Counted from the stretch's first letter, positions 53,887 through 62,926 are shown. The stretch is 64,000 nucleotides of DNA from Caldilineales bacterium (GCA_019695115.1 JAIBAP010000013.1:36179-100178); one strand, 5' to 3'. Numbers and translations are program-made. The notes: generated from the sequence alone by a model not told the origin.

Positions 53887-56397
53887 CTACGCTACAATCA
53901 GGCCGTGCAGCCAGGAAAGGTGGCTGCGGAGCAAAGCCTGCGCTTCGGCATCGGTGGGCGCCTCCACCACCACATGCAACAGCGCCCGGTCGGGGTCGGG
54001 CCGAATGTGCACCCAGCGGCGGTTGTCCAGATGGAACTTGACGCCATCGATGGCGGTGGAGACGTAGCTTTCGGCTCGCTCGTTCACCAGACGCATCACC
54101 CGGCCTTTTGCCTCCCACGGGCAGGGCGCCGTCTCGTGCAGCCAGACGAAAGAAGGCAGGCCGCGCACGACCTCGCCCAGTGTCGTGCGTCCCCGGGCTA
54201 GATGCTGCAACAGACAGGCGAGCGCAAACATGCCATCGGGGACAGGGTGGAGGATGGGAAAGATGAAGTGGCCGTTGCCATCGACGGCCAGGGTCACGGC
54301 CTTCTCGTCGGCGGCCGTCATCAACGCCTGGATATCGACCTTGGTGCGCAACACATGCCCGCCGTGTTTGGCCGCCATCTGCTCGAAGAGGGACGGCATA
54401 TCGACGGGTACGGCCAACGTTGCCTCGGGTCGCTCGCGCCACACCAGTTCGGCCATCGCCGCCGCCGCCACTTTGTCGTCGATCGGCGCCCCGTTTTCGT
54501 CCACAAAGAAAATCTGGCTGCCGCTCACATCCAGCCGCGCCCCCAAAGGCAGACCCATCGCCTGGACGATCTTGCCCAGCATGACCATCGCCCGCTCCCA
54601 GTCAGGCTGGCTGAGCGACAGCAGATGCGGATCGACCCGTTCGTTCAGGCCCACGCCTTCGACCCCCAATTCGGCCAACAGTGGCTCCATCAGATCGACG
54701 GTGGTGGCATGAGCATAATCGACGGCGATGGTGAAGTCTCCCTGGCGGATGGCCTCGCCATCGAGCGCCTGCAAAAAGGCGCGACTGTATCGTTGCTCGA
54801 CATCCACCGCATAGTCGATCGCGCCGATGTCATCGACCTGGGCGCGGCGAAAATCCTCGCGGAAGAACAGCCTCTCGATCTCGCGCTCCTTGGCTCGGCT
54901 CAGATTGAGGCCATTGCCGTCGAAGAAACGGATATCGACCACGCGCCGGTCGAATGGCGAGATGCGCACGTGGACGCCAGCGGCGGCATCGGTGACGCGG
55001 GTGAGATAGCGAACCACCGGCGCCGGTTGCGTGCGCAGATCCCACACCCCCACCCCTGCTGCCGGCAGACCGGAGATGATGGCACGTTTGAGCATACGGG
55101 CGCTGGGATGCGTGTCGCGGTTGATGACGACCGAACTGCCCTTGGGCAGGCTGGCGCCAAACGCCACACCCAACTTGGCCGCAAACTCCGGCGTCAGATC
55201 GACGTTGACAACGCCGGTGACGCCGAAACGACCGAACAGCGTGCGCCGCCCGCGCGACCCCCAGATGATGCTCTCGCGCACGAGCGCGCCCGAATCCACC
55301 TCCTTGCCCGGCCACAACTTGACGTTAGTAAAGATGATGCCGTCTTCACCGACCACGCAGCGGTCGCCGATCACGGCTCCTTCCTGCACCGACGAGCGCG
55401 CCTTGAACACACACTGGCGGCTGACCAGGGCGCCGTGGATCTGGGCGTCCTCGCCCACATAGCATCCACGCCAGATCACCGAACGCGAGATGGCGGCCCG
55501 CTGGTCGACCACGGTGTCATCCCGGATCACGGCCGGCCCCTGGATGATCGCGCCCGGCTTGATGTGCACGTTATGACCCAGATAGATCGGCCCATAGAGT
55601 TGCGCATCGGGGGCGATGGTCACATTCTCGCCCACCCAGATGTCGCCGGCCAGGTGCTTGCCGATGGACTCGTGCTGCATGCGATTGTGGAGAAGGTCGG
55701 CGTTGGCCTGCAGATAGGCGGCAGGAGCGCCGATATCGCACCAGTAGCCAGAGATGGGCAGGCCGAAGATCGGGCGGCCATGCGCCAACATGGACGGAAA
55801 CAAGTCGTTGCTAAAATCGGCGGCGCCGCCGCCTGGAATCAGGTCGAGCACATCGGCTTCGATCACATAGATGCCGGTATTGACCAGATCGCTGACGACC
55901 TCCGCCCAATTCGGTTTCTCCACGAACTGGGTGACGCGGCCATCAGCCTCGGTGATCACCATGCCGTATTCCAGGGGGGTGGGGTTGCGATAGAGGGCGA
56001 CGGTGACATCAGCCTGGCGTTGGCGATGAAAGGCCAGCAGGGGCATCAGTTCGATATCGGCAGCCGCATCGCCACTGACGACCAGCACCGTCTCGTCAGC
56101 ATGGATGAGGCCGGTGGCTTTGGCCTGCGCCACCGCGCCGGCCGTGCCCAGCGGCATATCTTCGACCTGATATTCGATCGTCAGGCCGGCGCCAGTCGCG
56201 CCCGCCAGATAGCTTTGGAACCAATCGAGCTGATGTTGCAGGGTGATGACGATCTCATCGACGCCGTTACGCCGCAGCCAATCGACGATGTGGGCGATGA
56301 TCGGTTTGTTGACCAGAGGCAGCAAGGGTTTGGGCCGGTTGACCGTGAGCGGACGCAGCCGCGAGCCTTGCCCGCCTGCCATGACGATTGCCTTCAT
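53887..56397 (-). CDS. fusion protein: sugar-1-phosphate nucleotidyltransferase (with LbH domain) plus phosphomannomutase/phosphoglucomutase-like domain with degenerate catalytic loops
   Basis: N-terminus MKAIVMAGGQGSRLRPLTVNRPKPLLPLVNKPI. Hexapeptide-repeat region in the middle. The C-terminal PGM/PMM-like fold has GVHVRISPFD and LDVSGSQ where the neighbouring PGM has GVMITASHNP and TDGDADR. Confidence 0.8.
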   Translation of the reverse strand: MKAIVMAGGQGSRLRPLTVNRPKPLLPLVNKPIIAHIVDWLRRNGVDEIVITLQHQLDWFQSYLAGATGAGLTIEYQVEDMPLGTAGAVAQAKATGLIHADETVLVVSGDAAADIELMPLLAFHRQRQADVTVALYRNPTPLEYGMVITEADGRVTQFVEKPNWAEVVSDLVNTGIYVIEADVLDLIPGGGAADFSNDLFPSMLAHGRPIFGLPISGYWCDIGAPAAYLQANADLLHNRMQHESIGKHLAGDIWVGENVTIAPDAQLYGPIYLGHNVHIKPGAIIQGPAVIRDDTVVDQRAAISRSVIWRGCYVGEDAQIHGALVSRQCVFKARSSVQEGAVIGDRCVVGEDGIIFTNVKLWPGKEVDSGALVRESIIWGSRGRRTLFGRFGVTGVVNVDLTPEFAAKLGVAFGASLPKGSSVVINRDTHPSARMLKRAIISGLPAAGVGVWDLRTQPAPVVRYLTRVTDAAAGVHVRISPFDRRVVDIRFFDGNGLNLSRAKEREIERLFFREDFRRAQVDDIGAIDYAVDVEQRYSRAFLQALDGEAIRQGDFTIAVDYAHATTVDLMEPLLAELGVEGVGLNERVDPHLLSLSQPDWERAMVMLGKIVQAMGLPLGARLDVSGSQIFFVDENGAPIDDKVAAAAMAELVWRERPEATLAVPVDMPSLFEQMAAKHGGHVLRTKVDIQALMTAADEKAVTLAVDGNGHFIFPILHPVPDGMFALACLLQHLARGRTTLGEVVRGLPSFVWLHETAPCPWEAKGRVMRLVNERAESYVSTAIDGVKFHLDNRRWVHIRPDPDRALLHVVVEAPTDAEAQALLRSHLSWLHGLIVA

Positions 56398-56620
56398 TGC
56401 TTGAGCGCCTCGATGGATTTCGCCGGGATGCTGTCAGGGGAGAAACAGGGTAGACGATGGACGGTCAGGGTTGCCAGATGGATGCGTTGCGACCACAGCA
56501 TAGCATAACACACGTCCGGCTTGGCGGCGGCTGGCGGGCTATGGTACAAACAGGGCAACAGGCTTCGAGCGGTCAAGCAGCCGCTCGGAGCCGATCTGCT
56601 TCTGAGCGAGGAACCCTTTC

Positions 56621-58057
56621 ATGGCAATTCAATTTGGCACCGACGGCTGGCGGGCCGTGATCAGCGACGAGTTCACCTTTGCCAATGTGCGCCAGGTGGC
56701 CCAGGCCATCGCCGATTGGACGCTGGCCCGATCGGAACCGGCGCCATCGCTGGTCGTCGGCTACGACACCCGTTTTCTCTCCGACCGCTACGCCGAGACC
56801 GTGGCCACCGTCCTGGCGGCCAACGGTATCCGCGTCCTGCTGAGCGAACGTTTCGCCCCCACCCCGGCCGTTTCCTACGCCATCGTCAGCCACCAGGCCA
56901 GCGGCGGGGTGATGATCACGGCCAGCCACAACCCGCCGCGCTACAACGGCATCAAGCTCAAGGCCAACTACGGCGGCTCGGCCAGTTCCGCCGACTCACG
57001 CCAGGTGGAGCGGCTGTTGGCGGCCAACCTGCAAGCCGGGCGCCAGCCGGCCGCCTGCGACCTCGTCACCGCCAGCCGCGACGGCCGCATCACCCGCTTC
57101 GACCCCTATCCGGCCTATGCCGCCCACATCCGCCGTCTGGTCGACCTGGAAACGATCGCCGCTTCGGGGCTACGCCTGGCCGTGGATGCCATGTATGGGG
57201 CGGGGATGAATTACACCGACCGGCTGCTGGCCGAAGCCGGGATTGCGGCCACGCGCCTCCATCATGAACTCAACCCGGGCTTCGGCGGGCTGCACCCCGA
57301 ACCCATCGGCCGGCATCTGCAAGCCCTCTGCCAGACCATGGCCGACGGCCAACTCGACCTGGGGCTGGCCACCGATGGCGACGCCGACCGCATCGGCGCC
57401 GTCGGCCCCACCGGCTGTTTCATCGACCCGCATCGCATCATGGCCGTGGTGCTGGACCATTTCTTGCAGGCGGGCCGGCGCGGGGACGTGGTGAAGACCG
57501 TGAGCACCACGCAGATGCTCAACCGCCTGGCCGCCGAGCACGGCCTCGCCGTCCACGAGACGCCGGTGGGGTTCAATTACATTGCCGATCTGATGCTGAA
57601 CGGCGATGTGCTCATGGGCGGCGAAGAATCCGGCGGCATCTCGATCCACGGCCACATCCCCGAGGGCGATGGTGTGCTCATGGGCCTGCTGCTGGCCGAG
57701 GTGGTGGCGCGGCAGGGCGGCAATGCCGACGCCGTGATCGACCGGCTGATGGCCCGTATCGGCTATTTCGTCTACGACCGTCGCGATTTCCATACCCAGC
57801 CGTTCTCGAAGCCGGAACTGGTGCGGCGGCTGGTGGACAATGCTCCCGGCCACCTGGCCGGACGGCAGGTGGCGGGCCTGAACACGCGCGATGGGGTGAA
57901 GTATCTGCTGGCCGACGACAGCTGGCTGTTGATCCGCCCGTCGGGCACCGAGCCGGTGTTGCGCGTCTATGCCGAAGGCCGCGAGGCGGGGGCCGTGCAA
58001 TCGCTGCTGGACGAAGGCGCCCGTCTGGCCCAGGCGGCGGAGGTGCAACTGGCCTGA
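56621..58057 (+). CDS. phosphoglucomutase/phosphomannomutase (alpha-D-phosphohexomutase family)
   Basis: GGVMITASHNPPRYNGIKLK (phosphoserine loop), LATDGDADRIG (Mg loop) and GGEESGG (sugar loop). Confidence 0.9.
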   Translation: MAIQFGTDGWRAVISDEFTFANVRQVAQAIADWTLARSEPAPSLVVGYDTRFLSDRYAETVATVLAANGIRVLLSERFAPTPAVSYAIVSHQASGGVMITASHNPPRYNGIKLKANYGGSASSADSRQVERLLAANLQAGRQPAACDLVTASRDGRITRFDPYPAYAAHIRRLVDLETIAASGLRLAVDAMYGAGMNYTDRLLAEAGIAATRLHHELNPGFGGLHPEPIGRHLQALCQTMADGQLDLGLATDGDADRIGAVGPTGCFIDPHRIMAVVLDHFLQAGRRGDVVKTVSTTQMLNRLAAEHGLAVHETPVGFNYIADLMLNGDVLMGGEESGGISIHGHIPEGDGVLMGLLLAEVVARQGGNADAVIDRLMARIGYFVYDRRDFHTQPFSKPELVRRLVDNAPGHLAGRQVAGLNTRDGVKYLLADDSWLLIRPSGTEPVLRVYAEGREAGAVQSLLDEGARLAQAAEVQLA

Positions 58058-58256
58058 AATCCCCAAATCGCATTAGAAAGTTGGGGATTGCTTACTTCGC
58101 TTCACTCAGTACCCTACGGCCTCGCAATGACAGACAAAGTGAAGACTGGCCGAAAAGGGTTGTAACGAAATATTGACAAATAGAGAAAAAGGCAGATAAT
58201 AAGCGGCAGATGCCTCTCTACCAACCCGATTCTTTCGTTGCAATGGAGGAAGCAAC

Positions 58257-58532
58257 ATGCCCACATTCGAGAAACTCACAAAAGATGACGTGAACGACAT
58301 TCTAGAAGCAAAGCGGCGAGGCCGCAGCAAGTCACAGCGCCAGCGTGTTCTTGATCGCTACAAAGAACAACTGATGCATCTTGAGCCTGGCGAAGGCGTT
58401 GCCGTCAAGCTGGAAGACAGCGACAATCGCCAAACCGTCAAGAATCGACTCAAGCGCGCTGCCAACGACCTGGGCTTCGATGTCGATTTCATCCGCTCGC
58501 GTGGCGTCATTCGCGTGGTGCGCCAGGGCTAA
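58257..58532 (+). CDS. hypothetical small basic protein (91 aa) in a low-GC islet
   Basis: GGAGGAAG lies upstream of the ATG. No motif recognised. A strong hairpin terminator follows. Confidence 0.45.
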   Translation: MPTFEKLTKDDVNDILEAKRRGRSKSQRQRVLDRYKEQLMHLEPGEGVAVKLEDSDNRQTVKNRLKRAANDLGFDVDFIRSRGVIRVVRQG

Positions 58533-58569
58533 GCGCCAGCAAGCCACGTCTCGCTTTTCTCGCCACACA

Positions 58570-58598
58570 AACAGCTCTCTGGTTCACAGAGAGCTGTT
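58570..58598. terminator. 12-bp-stem hairpin (AACAGCTCTCTG-gttca-CAGAGAGCTGTT), probable bidirectional terminator
   Basis: Read directly. It lies between the convergent genes 58257-58532 (+) and malQ (-). The downstream sequence cgtgtttctc is moderately T-rich. Confidence 0.65.
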
Positions 58599-58621
58599 CG
58601 TGTTTCTCCCCCGGTTTTCGT

Positions 58622-60145
58622 TCAGTTGCGGGCGTGCGGCGACACAGCCCGCAACTCGGGCGGGATGTCGTCACGGCCAAACAGACGGCACAGCTCGGCC
58701 AGGCCGGCCTGGATGCCCCTGGTCAGTTGGTGGGGGCCAAAGCGCCACGTCCAATTGCCGCTGGCGGCGCCGGGCGTGTTCATGCGCGCCTCGCCCCCCA
58801 GGCTCATACAGTCCTGCAGCGGGGCGATGGCGATGGTGGCAGGCGACATCATCGCCAGCCGCATCAGGTCCCAGCTGATGTCGCTGCCATCGATGCGCAG
58901 ATACCGGCGGACATAGTCCCGCTCGCGCTCCGGCGCTTTCTCATACCAGCCGCGCGTGGTGTCGTTGTCATGGGTGCCGGTATAGACAACGCAGTTCCGG
59001 TCGTAATTCTGCGGCAAGAAGGGGTCGCGGCCATCGCTGGCCCAGGCGAACTGCAAGACCCTCATGCCGGGAAAGCCATAGTGGTCGCGCAGGGCGTAGA
59101 CGCCGGGATTCGGCTCGCCCAGATCTTCGGCAATCAGCGGCAACTCGCCCAATTCGGCCAGGACGGTGTCGAAGAAATGGGTGCGGGGGCCGTCCACCCA
59201 GCGCCCGTTCTCGGCCGTCGTCGCCTCGCCGGGAACCTCCCAATAGTTGTAGAACCCGCGAAAATGGTCGATGCGGATGAAGTCGTACAGCCGCAGGTTG
59301 GCGCGGAAGCGGTCGATCCACCAGGCATAGCTGGCGGCGGCCATCTTCGCCCAATCGTACAAGGGGTTGCCCCAGAGCTGGCCGGTGGGTGAGAAGTAAT
59401 CGGGCGGCACCCCGGCCACGCCGGTGGGCCGGGCTTCGGCGTCGAAGAAGAAGAGATCCCGCTGGCTCCAGGCATCGGCGCTATCCATGGCCACATAGAT
59501 GGGGATGTCGCCGATGATCTTGATCCGCTTTTCATTGGCATAGGCCTTCAGCGCCAGCCACTGCTCGAAAAAGAGCCATTGTCGGAAGTAGTGGGATTGG
59601 ATGCTGCCGGCAAGTCGCTTGCGGATGGACGCCAGGGGGCGCGGTTGGCGGTCGCGTAGCTCTGGCGCCCACTCGACCCATGACTTGCCGCCGTGCTCGT
59701 CTTTCAGGGTCATGAAGAGGGCGAAGTCCTCCAGCCACCAGCTCTGCTCGGCGACGAAGGCGGTGAAGGCGGGCGGCGGCGGCGCTGCCTGAAAGCGTGC
59801 GAATGCCAGGCGCAGCAGGTCGTTTTTCCAGGGGATGACGCGACCGTAATCGACCGCGTGGGATGGAAAGACCGGAACGGCGAGGTCGTCGAGGGTCAGG
59901 TAGCCGCGTTCGACCAGGTCGAGCGGGTCGATGAGCAAGGGGTTGCCGGCAAAAGCAGAGAAGCACTGGTAGGGCGAGTCGCCGTAGCCGGTGGGGCCGA
60001 GCGGCAGCACTTGCCACAGGCGCTGTTCGGCCTCGGCCAGCCAGTCGACGAAATGATAGGCTGCCTTGCCCAGGTCGCCGATGCCAAAGGGGCCGGGAAA
60101 AGAGGTGGGATGAGCGAGGATGCCGCTGGTGCGTTCGGTGAGCAT
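58622..60145 (-). CDS. malQ: 4-alpha-glucanotransferase (amylomaltase, GH77)
   Basis: RTSGILAHPTSFPGPFGIGDLG...WQVLPLGPTGYGDSPYQCFSAFAGNPLLI is the classic MalQ N-terminus. 507 aa. Confidence 0.92.
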   Translation of the reverse strand: MLTERTSGILAHPTSFPGPFGIGDLGKAAYHFVDWLAEAEQRLWQVLPLGPTGYGDSPYQCFSAFAGNPLLIDPLDLVERGYLTLDDLAVPVFPSHAVDYGRVIPWKNDLLRLAFARFQAAPPPPAFTAFVAEQSWWLEDFALFMTLKDEHGGKSWVEWAPELRDRQPRPLASIRKRLAGSIQSHYFRQWLFFEQWLALKAYANEKRIKIIGDIPIYVAMDSADAWSQRDLFFFDAEARPTGVAGVPPDYFSPTGQLWGNPLYDWAKMAAASYAWWIDRFRANLRLYDFIRIDHFRGFYNYWEVPGEATTAENGRWVDGPRTHFFDTVLAELGELPLIAEDLGEPNPGVYALRDHYGFPGMRVLQFAWASDGRDPFLPQNYDRNCVVYTGTHDNDTTRGWYEKAPERERDYVRRYLRIDGSDISWDLMRLAMMSPATIAIAPLQDCMSLGGEARMNTPGAASGNWTWRFGPHQLTRGIQAGLAELCRLFGRDDIPPELRAVSPHARN

Positions 60146-60157
60146 GGGGGGGGTCGG

Positions 60158-61192
60158 TTAGTGGAGGCTGTGGAGAGAGCCAATCTCGGCCAGGAGAGGG
60201 TCTACAGGGCGTTCGGGGGTGGGTGAGGGGCCGAAGGGGTCGGAGATGGGGGGAGGCGTGGCGGATTCGAGGACGCGCAGGGTGTCGAGCACGGCATGGG
60301 CGAGGACTTCGAGGTCGTAACCGCCTTCGAGGGCGACCACCAGCCGCCCCTGGCACAGTTCAGCGGCCAGGCCCTTGACCAGGGTCGCCAGACGGGCATA
60401 GCCCGCCAGGCTGAGGTTCTCCATGGCCAGAGGGTCGCGCCAGTGGGCGTCGTAGCCGGCCGAGACCAGGATGAGGTCGGGCTGGAAGCGCCGCGCCCAT
60501 GGGATCAGAAGCTGCTCGAAGGCCTGGGCATAGCCATTGTCGCCCACACCGGCGGGAAAGGGCACGTTCATGGTCAGGCCGCGACCGGGGCCGCGACCGG
60601 TGTCGGAGGCGGCGCCGGTGCCGGGATAGAAGGGATATTGGTGGGTGGAGAAGAAGGCGACAGTGGGGTCGTCGTAGAAGATGGCCTCGGTGCCGTTGCC
60701 GTGGTGCACATCCCAATCGACGATGAGCACCCGTTCGGCGCCAAACTCGACCTGGGCGGCGCGGGCGGCGATGGCGACGTTGGCGAAGAGGCAAAATCCC
60801 ATGCCGCGAGCAGCGAGGGCGTGATGCCCCGGCGGCCGCATCAGCGACATGCCGTTCTGCGCCCGCCCGCCCATGACCTGCTCGACGACGCCCACCAGAG
60901 CGCCGGCCGACGCCAGGGCGGCCTGGTAGGAGCCGCCAACCACATAGGTGTCGGGGTCGAGCTGGCCGCCGCCCTGTTCCGCCATCTGCCGTAGGCGCTC
61001 GATGTAGGGCCGGGGATGGACTCGCTGCAAACGGTCGAGGCTGGCGGGGAGGACGGGCGTGGCCTGTAATCTGCCCAGGATGCCATCTGCCTGGAGCAGG
61101 CGCATGGTGGTGGCAAGGCGGCCCCGATTTTCGGGGTGGCCGCCCAGGGTGTGCTCCTGTTCGATGCGGTCGTAGGCGTAGCAGGTGGTCAT
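60158..61192 (-). CDS. histone deacetylase-family (AcuC/acetylpolyamine amidohydrolase-like) protein
   Basis: RPPGHHA and LIVDWDVHHGNGTEAIF motifs. The start is uncertain (ATG 61192 or GTG 61249). Confidence 0.85.
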   Translation of the reverse strand: MTTCYAYDRIEQEHTLGGHPENRGRLATTMRLLQADGILGRLQATPVLPASLDRLQRVHPRPYIERLRQMAEQGGGQLDPDTYVVGGSYQAALASAGALVGVVEQVMGGRAQNGMSLMRPPGHHALAARGMGFCLFANVAIAARAAQVEFGAERVLIVDWDVHHGNGTEAIFYDDPTVAFFSTHQYPFYPGTGAASDTGRGPGRGLTMNVPFPAGVGDNGYAQAFEQLLIPWARRFQPDLILVSAGYDAHWRDPLAMENLSLAGYARLATLVKGLAAELCQGRLVVALEGGYDLEVLAHAVLDTLRVLESATPPPISDPFGPSPTPERPVDPLLAEIGSLHSLH

Positions 61193-61264
61193 CGTGGCCG
61201 AATCATACCGTGATGGGTGTTTGCTGGCAAGAAGGGGAAGTGAGTTCACAGTCGAACGGACTTT

Positions 61265-61276
61265 CTGCTATCATAA
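61265..61276 (+). promoter_or_regulatory. -10 region TGCTATCATAAT (TGCTATCAT / TCATAAT)
   Basis: It resembles the TGCTATAAT consensus seen four times elsewhere. It sits at the 5' edge of the long leader of the ABC operon. Confidence 0.45.
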
Positions 61277-61282
61277 TCAAGA

Positions 61283-61595
61283 AGCAGCATCAAAGCTGAA
61301 GATCCTACTCGAAGACCTTCAGGGCAGGGTGCGCAGCGCCGGTGCAAACCAGCGTTGCTATTCCCGACCGGCGGTAAGGTTGGCGCAGCGGCCCCAGGCC
61401 ACAAGCGCTGGCCAAGCCCGCGAGCGGCCTCGTGGCCTGTCCCCTCCCAGGACATGGCCCGGCCCGGCAAGCCATTGCCAGAGCCAGCGAGGTGACAGCA
61501 GATCTGGTGCGAAGCCAGGGCCGACGGTGACAGTCCGGATGGGAGAAGGTCGTGACCTCAGGCGTCTCGCGACGAGACGCTTCTTCGCGCATCCG
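61283..61595 (+). promoter_or_regulatory. GC-rich structured 5' leader, riboswitch candidate (cobalamin-like core segments, unverified)
   Basis: No credible ORF. GCCGGTGCAAACCAGCG...CCCGACCGGCGGTAAGG, CCAAGCCCGCGAGCGGCC and CTGGTGCGAAGCCAGGGCCGACGG resemble cobalamin-aptamer core and B12-box segments as I remember them from E. coli btuB and S. thermophilum. Hairpin GCGTCTCG-cga-CGAGACGC at 61561-61579. Confidence 0.35.
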
Positions 61596-61630
61596 CGGCG
61601 ATCAGGCACGACTTGATCGCCGTTTTTGTT
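61596..61630 (+). terminator. intrinsic terminator inside the leader (attenuator candidate)
   Basis: GGCGATCA-(9 nt)-TGATCGCC followed by GTTTTTGTTT. It lies 228 nt upstream of the permease ATG. Confidence 0.7.
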
Positions 61631-61714
61631 TGCCTGGCAGAGAAGTAGACAAGGAAACAGGTAGACAAGTAGAGAGGTCGCAGAACTTGTCCCTTCACTC
61701 CGTTCAGGGCAGGC

Positions 61715-61850
61715 TCTGAGTGAAACGAAGGATCGCAAGTGGCAGGTCGCAGGTGGCAGGTCGCAAGTGGCAGGTCACACTTCTTACTCCTTACTCCTTA
61801 CTTCTTACTCCTTACTCCTTACTTCTTACTCCTTACTTCGCAATCCGCAC
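61715..61850 (+). repeat. composite repeat: 21-nt dispersed element CTGAGTGAAACGAAGGATCGC, 14-nt x3 (AGTGGCAGGTCGCA-type), then TTACTCC/TTACTTC heptamer array
   Basis: Read directly. The 21-mer and flanking GCAGGTGGC motifs recur in reverse orientation at 2590-2650. Confidence 0.85.
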
Positions 61851-61857
61851 TTCCCCC

Positions 61858-62727
61858 ATGATCGAAGACGCCAAACTCCTCGTTCCCTCCCCCCGTATCG
61901 ACGCCCCCGATGTGGCGCAGCAGGCCACAGTCGATAGCCTGTTGGCGCGGCTGCGCGCCAACCGCCTGCGGCTGCAAGTGGGACGCCTCCTCCTGGCGTT
62001 GGCCACCATCGCCTTGTTCGTCCTCGCCTGGGAAGGGATCGTGGTTTGGCGGAACTACCCCAGCTTCATTCTGCCCCGGCCGGTGGAGGTAGTGAACAAG
62101 TTGGTGCAGATGGCCGGGGACGGCAGCCTGTGGCGTCATGCCGGCATCACCCTGACCGAGATCCTGTTGGGGCTGGCCCTGGGCCTCAGCAGCGCCATGA
62201 CCCTCGGCTATTTCCTGGCCAAATCGGTGGCGCTGGAGCGGCTGCTATCACCTTACATCGTCGCCTTGCAGTCCTTCCCCATCATCGCCATCGCGCCCCT
62301 GTTGGTCATCTGGGTGCGGGATAGCGGCGTGCGCACGGTGCTGATCTGCGCCCTGACCCTGTTCTTCCCCGCCCTGGTCAACACCATCGTTGGTTTGCGT
62401 TCAGTCGAGCCGGAATTACAGGCCCTGATGCGCTCGTTGCGGGCCAGCCGCTGGCAGGTCTTCGCCAAGCTGGAGGTTCCCGCCGCCATGCCGGTGCTGT
62501 TGGGTGGGCTGAAGGTTGGCGCCACCCTGGCCGTGATCGGCGCCGTCATCGGCGAATTCGTGGGCGCCGACCGCGGGCTGGGCTTCCTCATCAACCTGGC
62601 CCGCGGCCTGTTGGATACGCCGATGCTGTTCGTGGCCATGTTCACGCTTGTCGCCATCGCCCTGGGCCTCTACAGCCTCATCAGCATCATCGAGCATCGC
62701 CTCCTGGCCTGGAAAAGAGTGAAATAG
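61858..62727 (+). CDS. ABC transporter permease (NitT/TauT/SsuC family)
   Basis: 6-TM permease layout. The start is set at ATG 61858 after the repeats. NMT1/SsuA-type SBP downstream. Confidence 0.8.
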   Translation: MIEDAKLLVPSPRIDAPDVAQQATVDSLLARLRANRLRLQVGRLLLALATIALFVLAWEGIVVWRNYPSFILPRPVEVVNKLVQMAGDGSLWRHAGITLTEILLGLALGLSSAMTLGYFLAKSVALERLLSPYIVALQSFPIIAIAPLLVIWVRDSGVRTVLICALTLFFPALVNTIVGLRSVEPELQALMRSLRASRWQVFAKLEVPAAMPVLLGGLKVGATLAVIGAVIGEFVGADRGLGFLINLARGLLDTPMLFVAMFTLVAIALGLYSLISIIEHRLLAWKRVK

Positions 62728-62749
62728 GACCTTCGGTCCATCCCCCTTC

Positions 62750-62915
62750 ACACGTAACCGCCCCCACCCCCCACGCCCCACCCCCCACGTTTCACGCCTC
62801 ACGCCCCACCCCCCACGTTTCACGCCTCACGTTTCACGCCTCACGTTTCACGCCTCACGTTTCACGCCTCACGCCTCACTCACCACTCATCACGCAACAC
62901 GCAACACGCAACACC
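62750..62915 (+). repeat. heptamer arrays (TTTCACG/CCTCACG alternating x ~5, then CAACACG x3) within the ABC operon
   Basis: Read directly between the permease stop and the SBP start. Preceded by GGACC-ttcg-GGTCC hairpin at 62728-62741. Confidence 0.9.
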
Positions 62916-62926
62916 CCCCCACCACC

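Noticed and set aside
61315-61560. RNase P RNA (GGGCAGGGTGC and GGTGACAGTCCG resemble E. coli M1 segments)
   Set aside because: The universally conserved GAGGAAAGTCCGGGC (CR-I) and ACAGAAxxCGGCTTA (CR-IV) elements are absent, and the order and spacing of the matching bits do not fit.
61283-61630. TPP (THI-box) or guanidine-I (ykkC) riboswitch, which would fit an NMT1/NitT-type transporter
   Set aside because: There is no CTGAGA or ACCTGATCTGG..CCAGCG core for TPP, since AGCAGATCTGGTGCGAAGCCAGGG has mismatches at invariant positions. There is no TAGGGTTCCG, GGTCCGAGAG or GCCCGGGAGA for guanidine-I. The region is kept only as an unclassified riboswitch candidate.
61358-61738. 126-aa ORF (minus strand) containing ACPERSEGTS-type sequence, and other ORFs in the 61.2-61.8 kb gap
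   Set aside because: They lie across the terminator and dispersed-repeat sequences, have an Arg/Pro/Gly-rich composition, and lack start context. The region is better explained as a non-coding leader.
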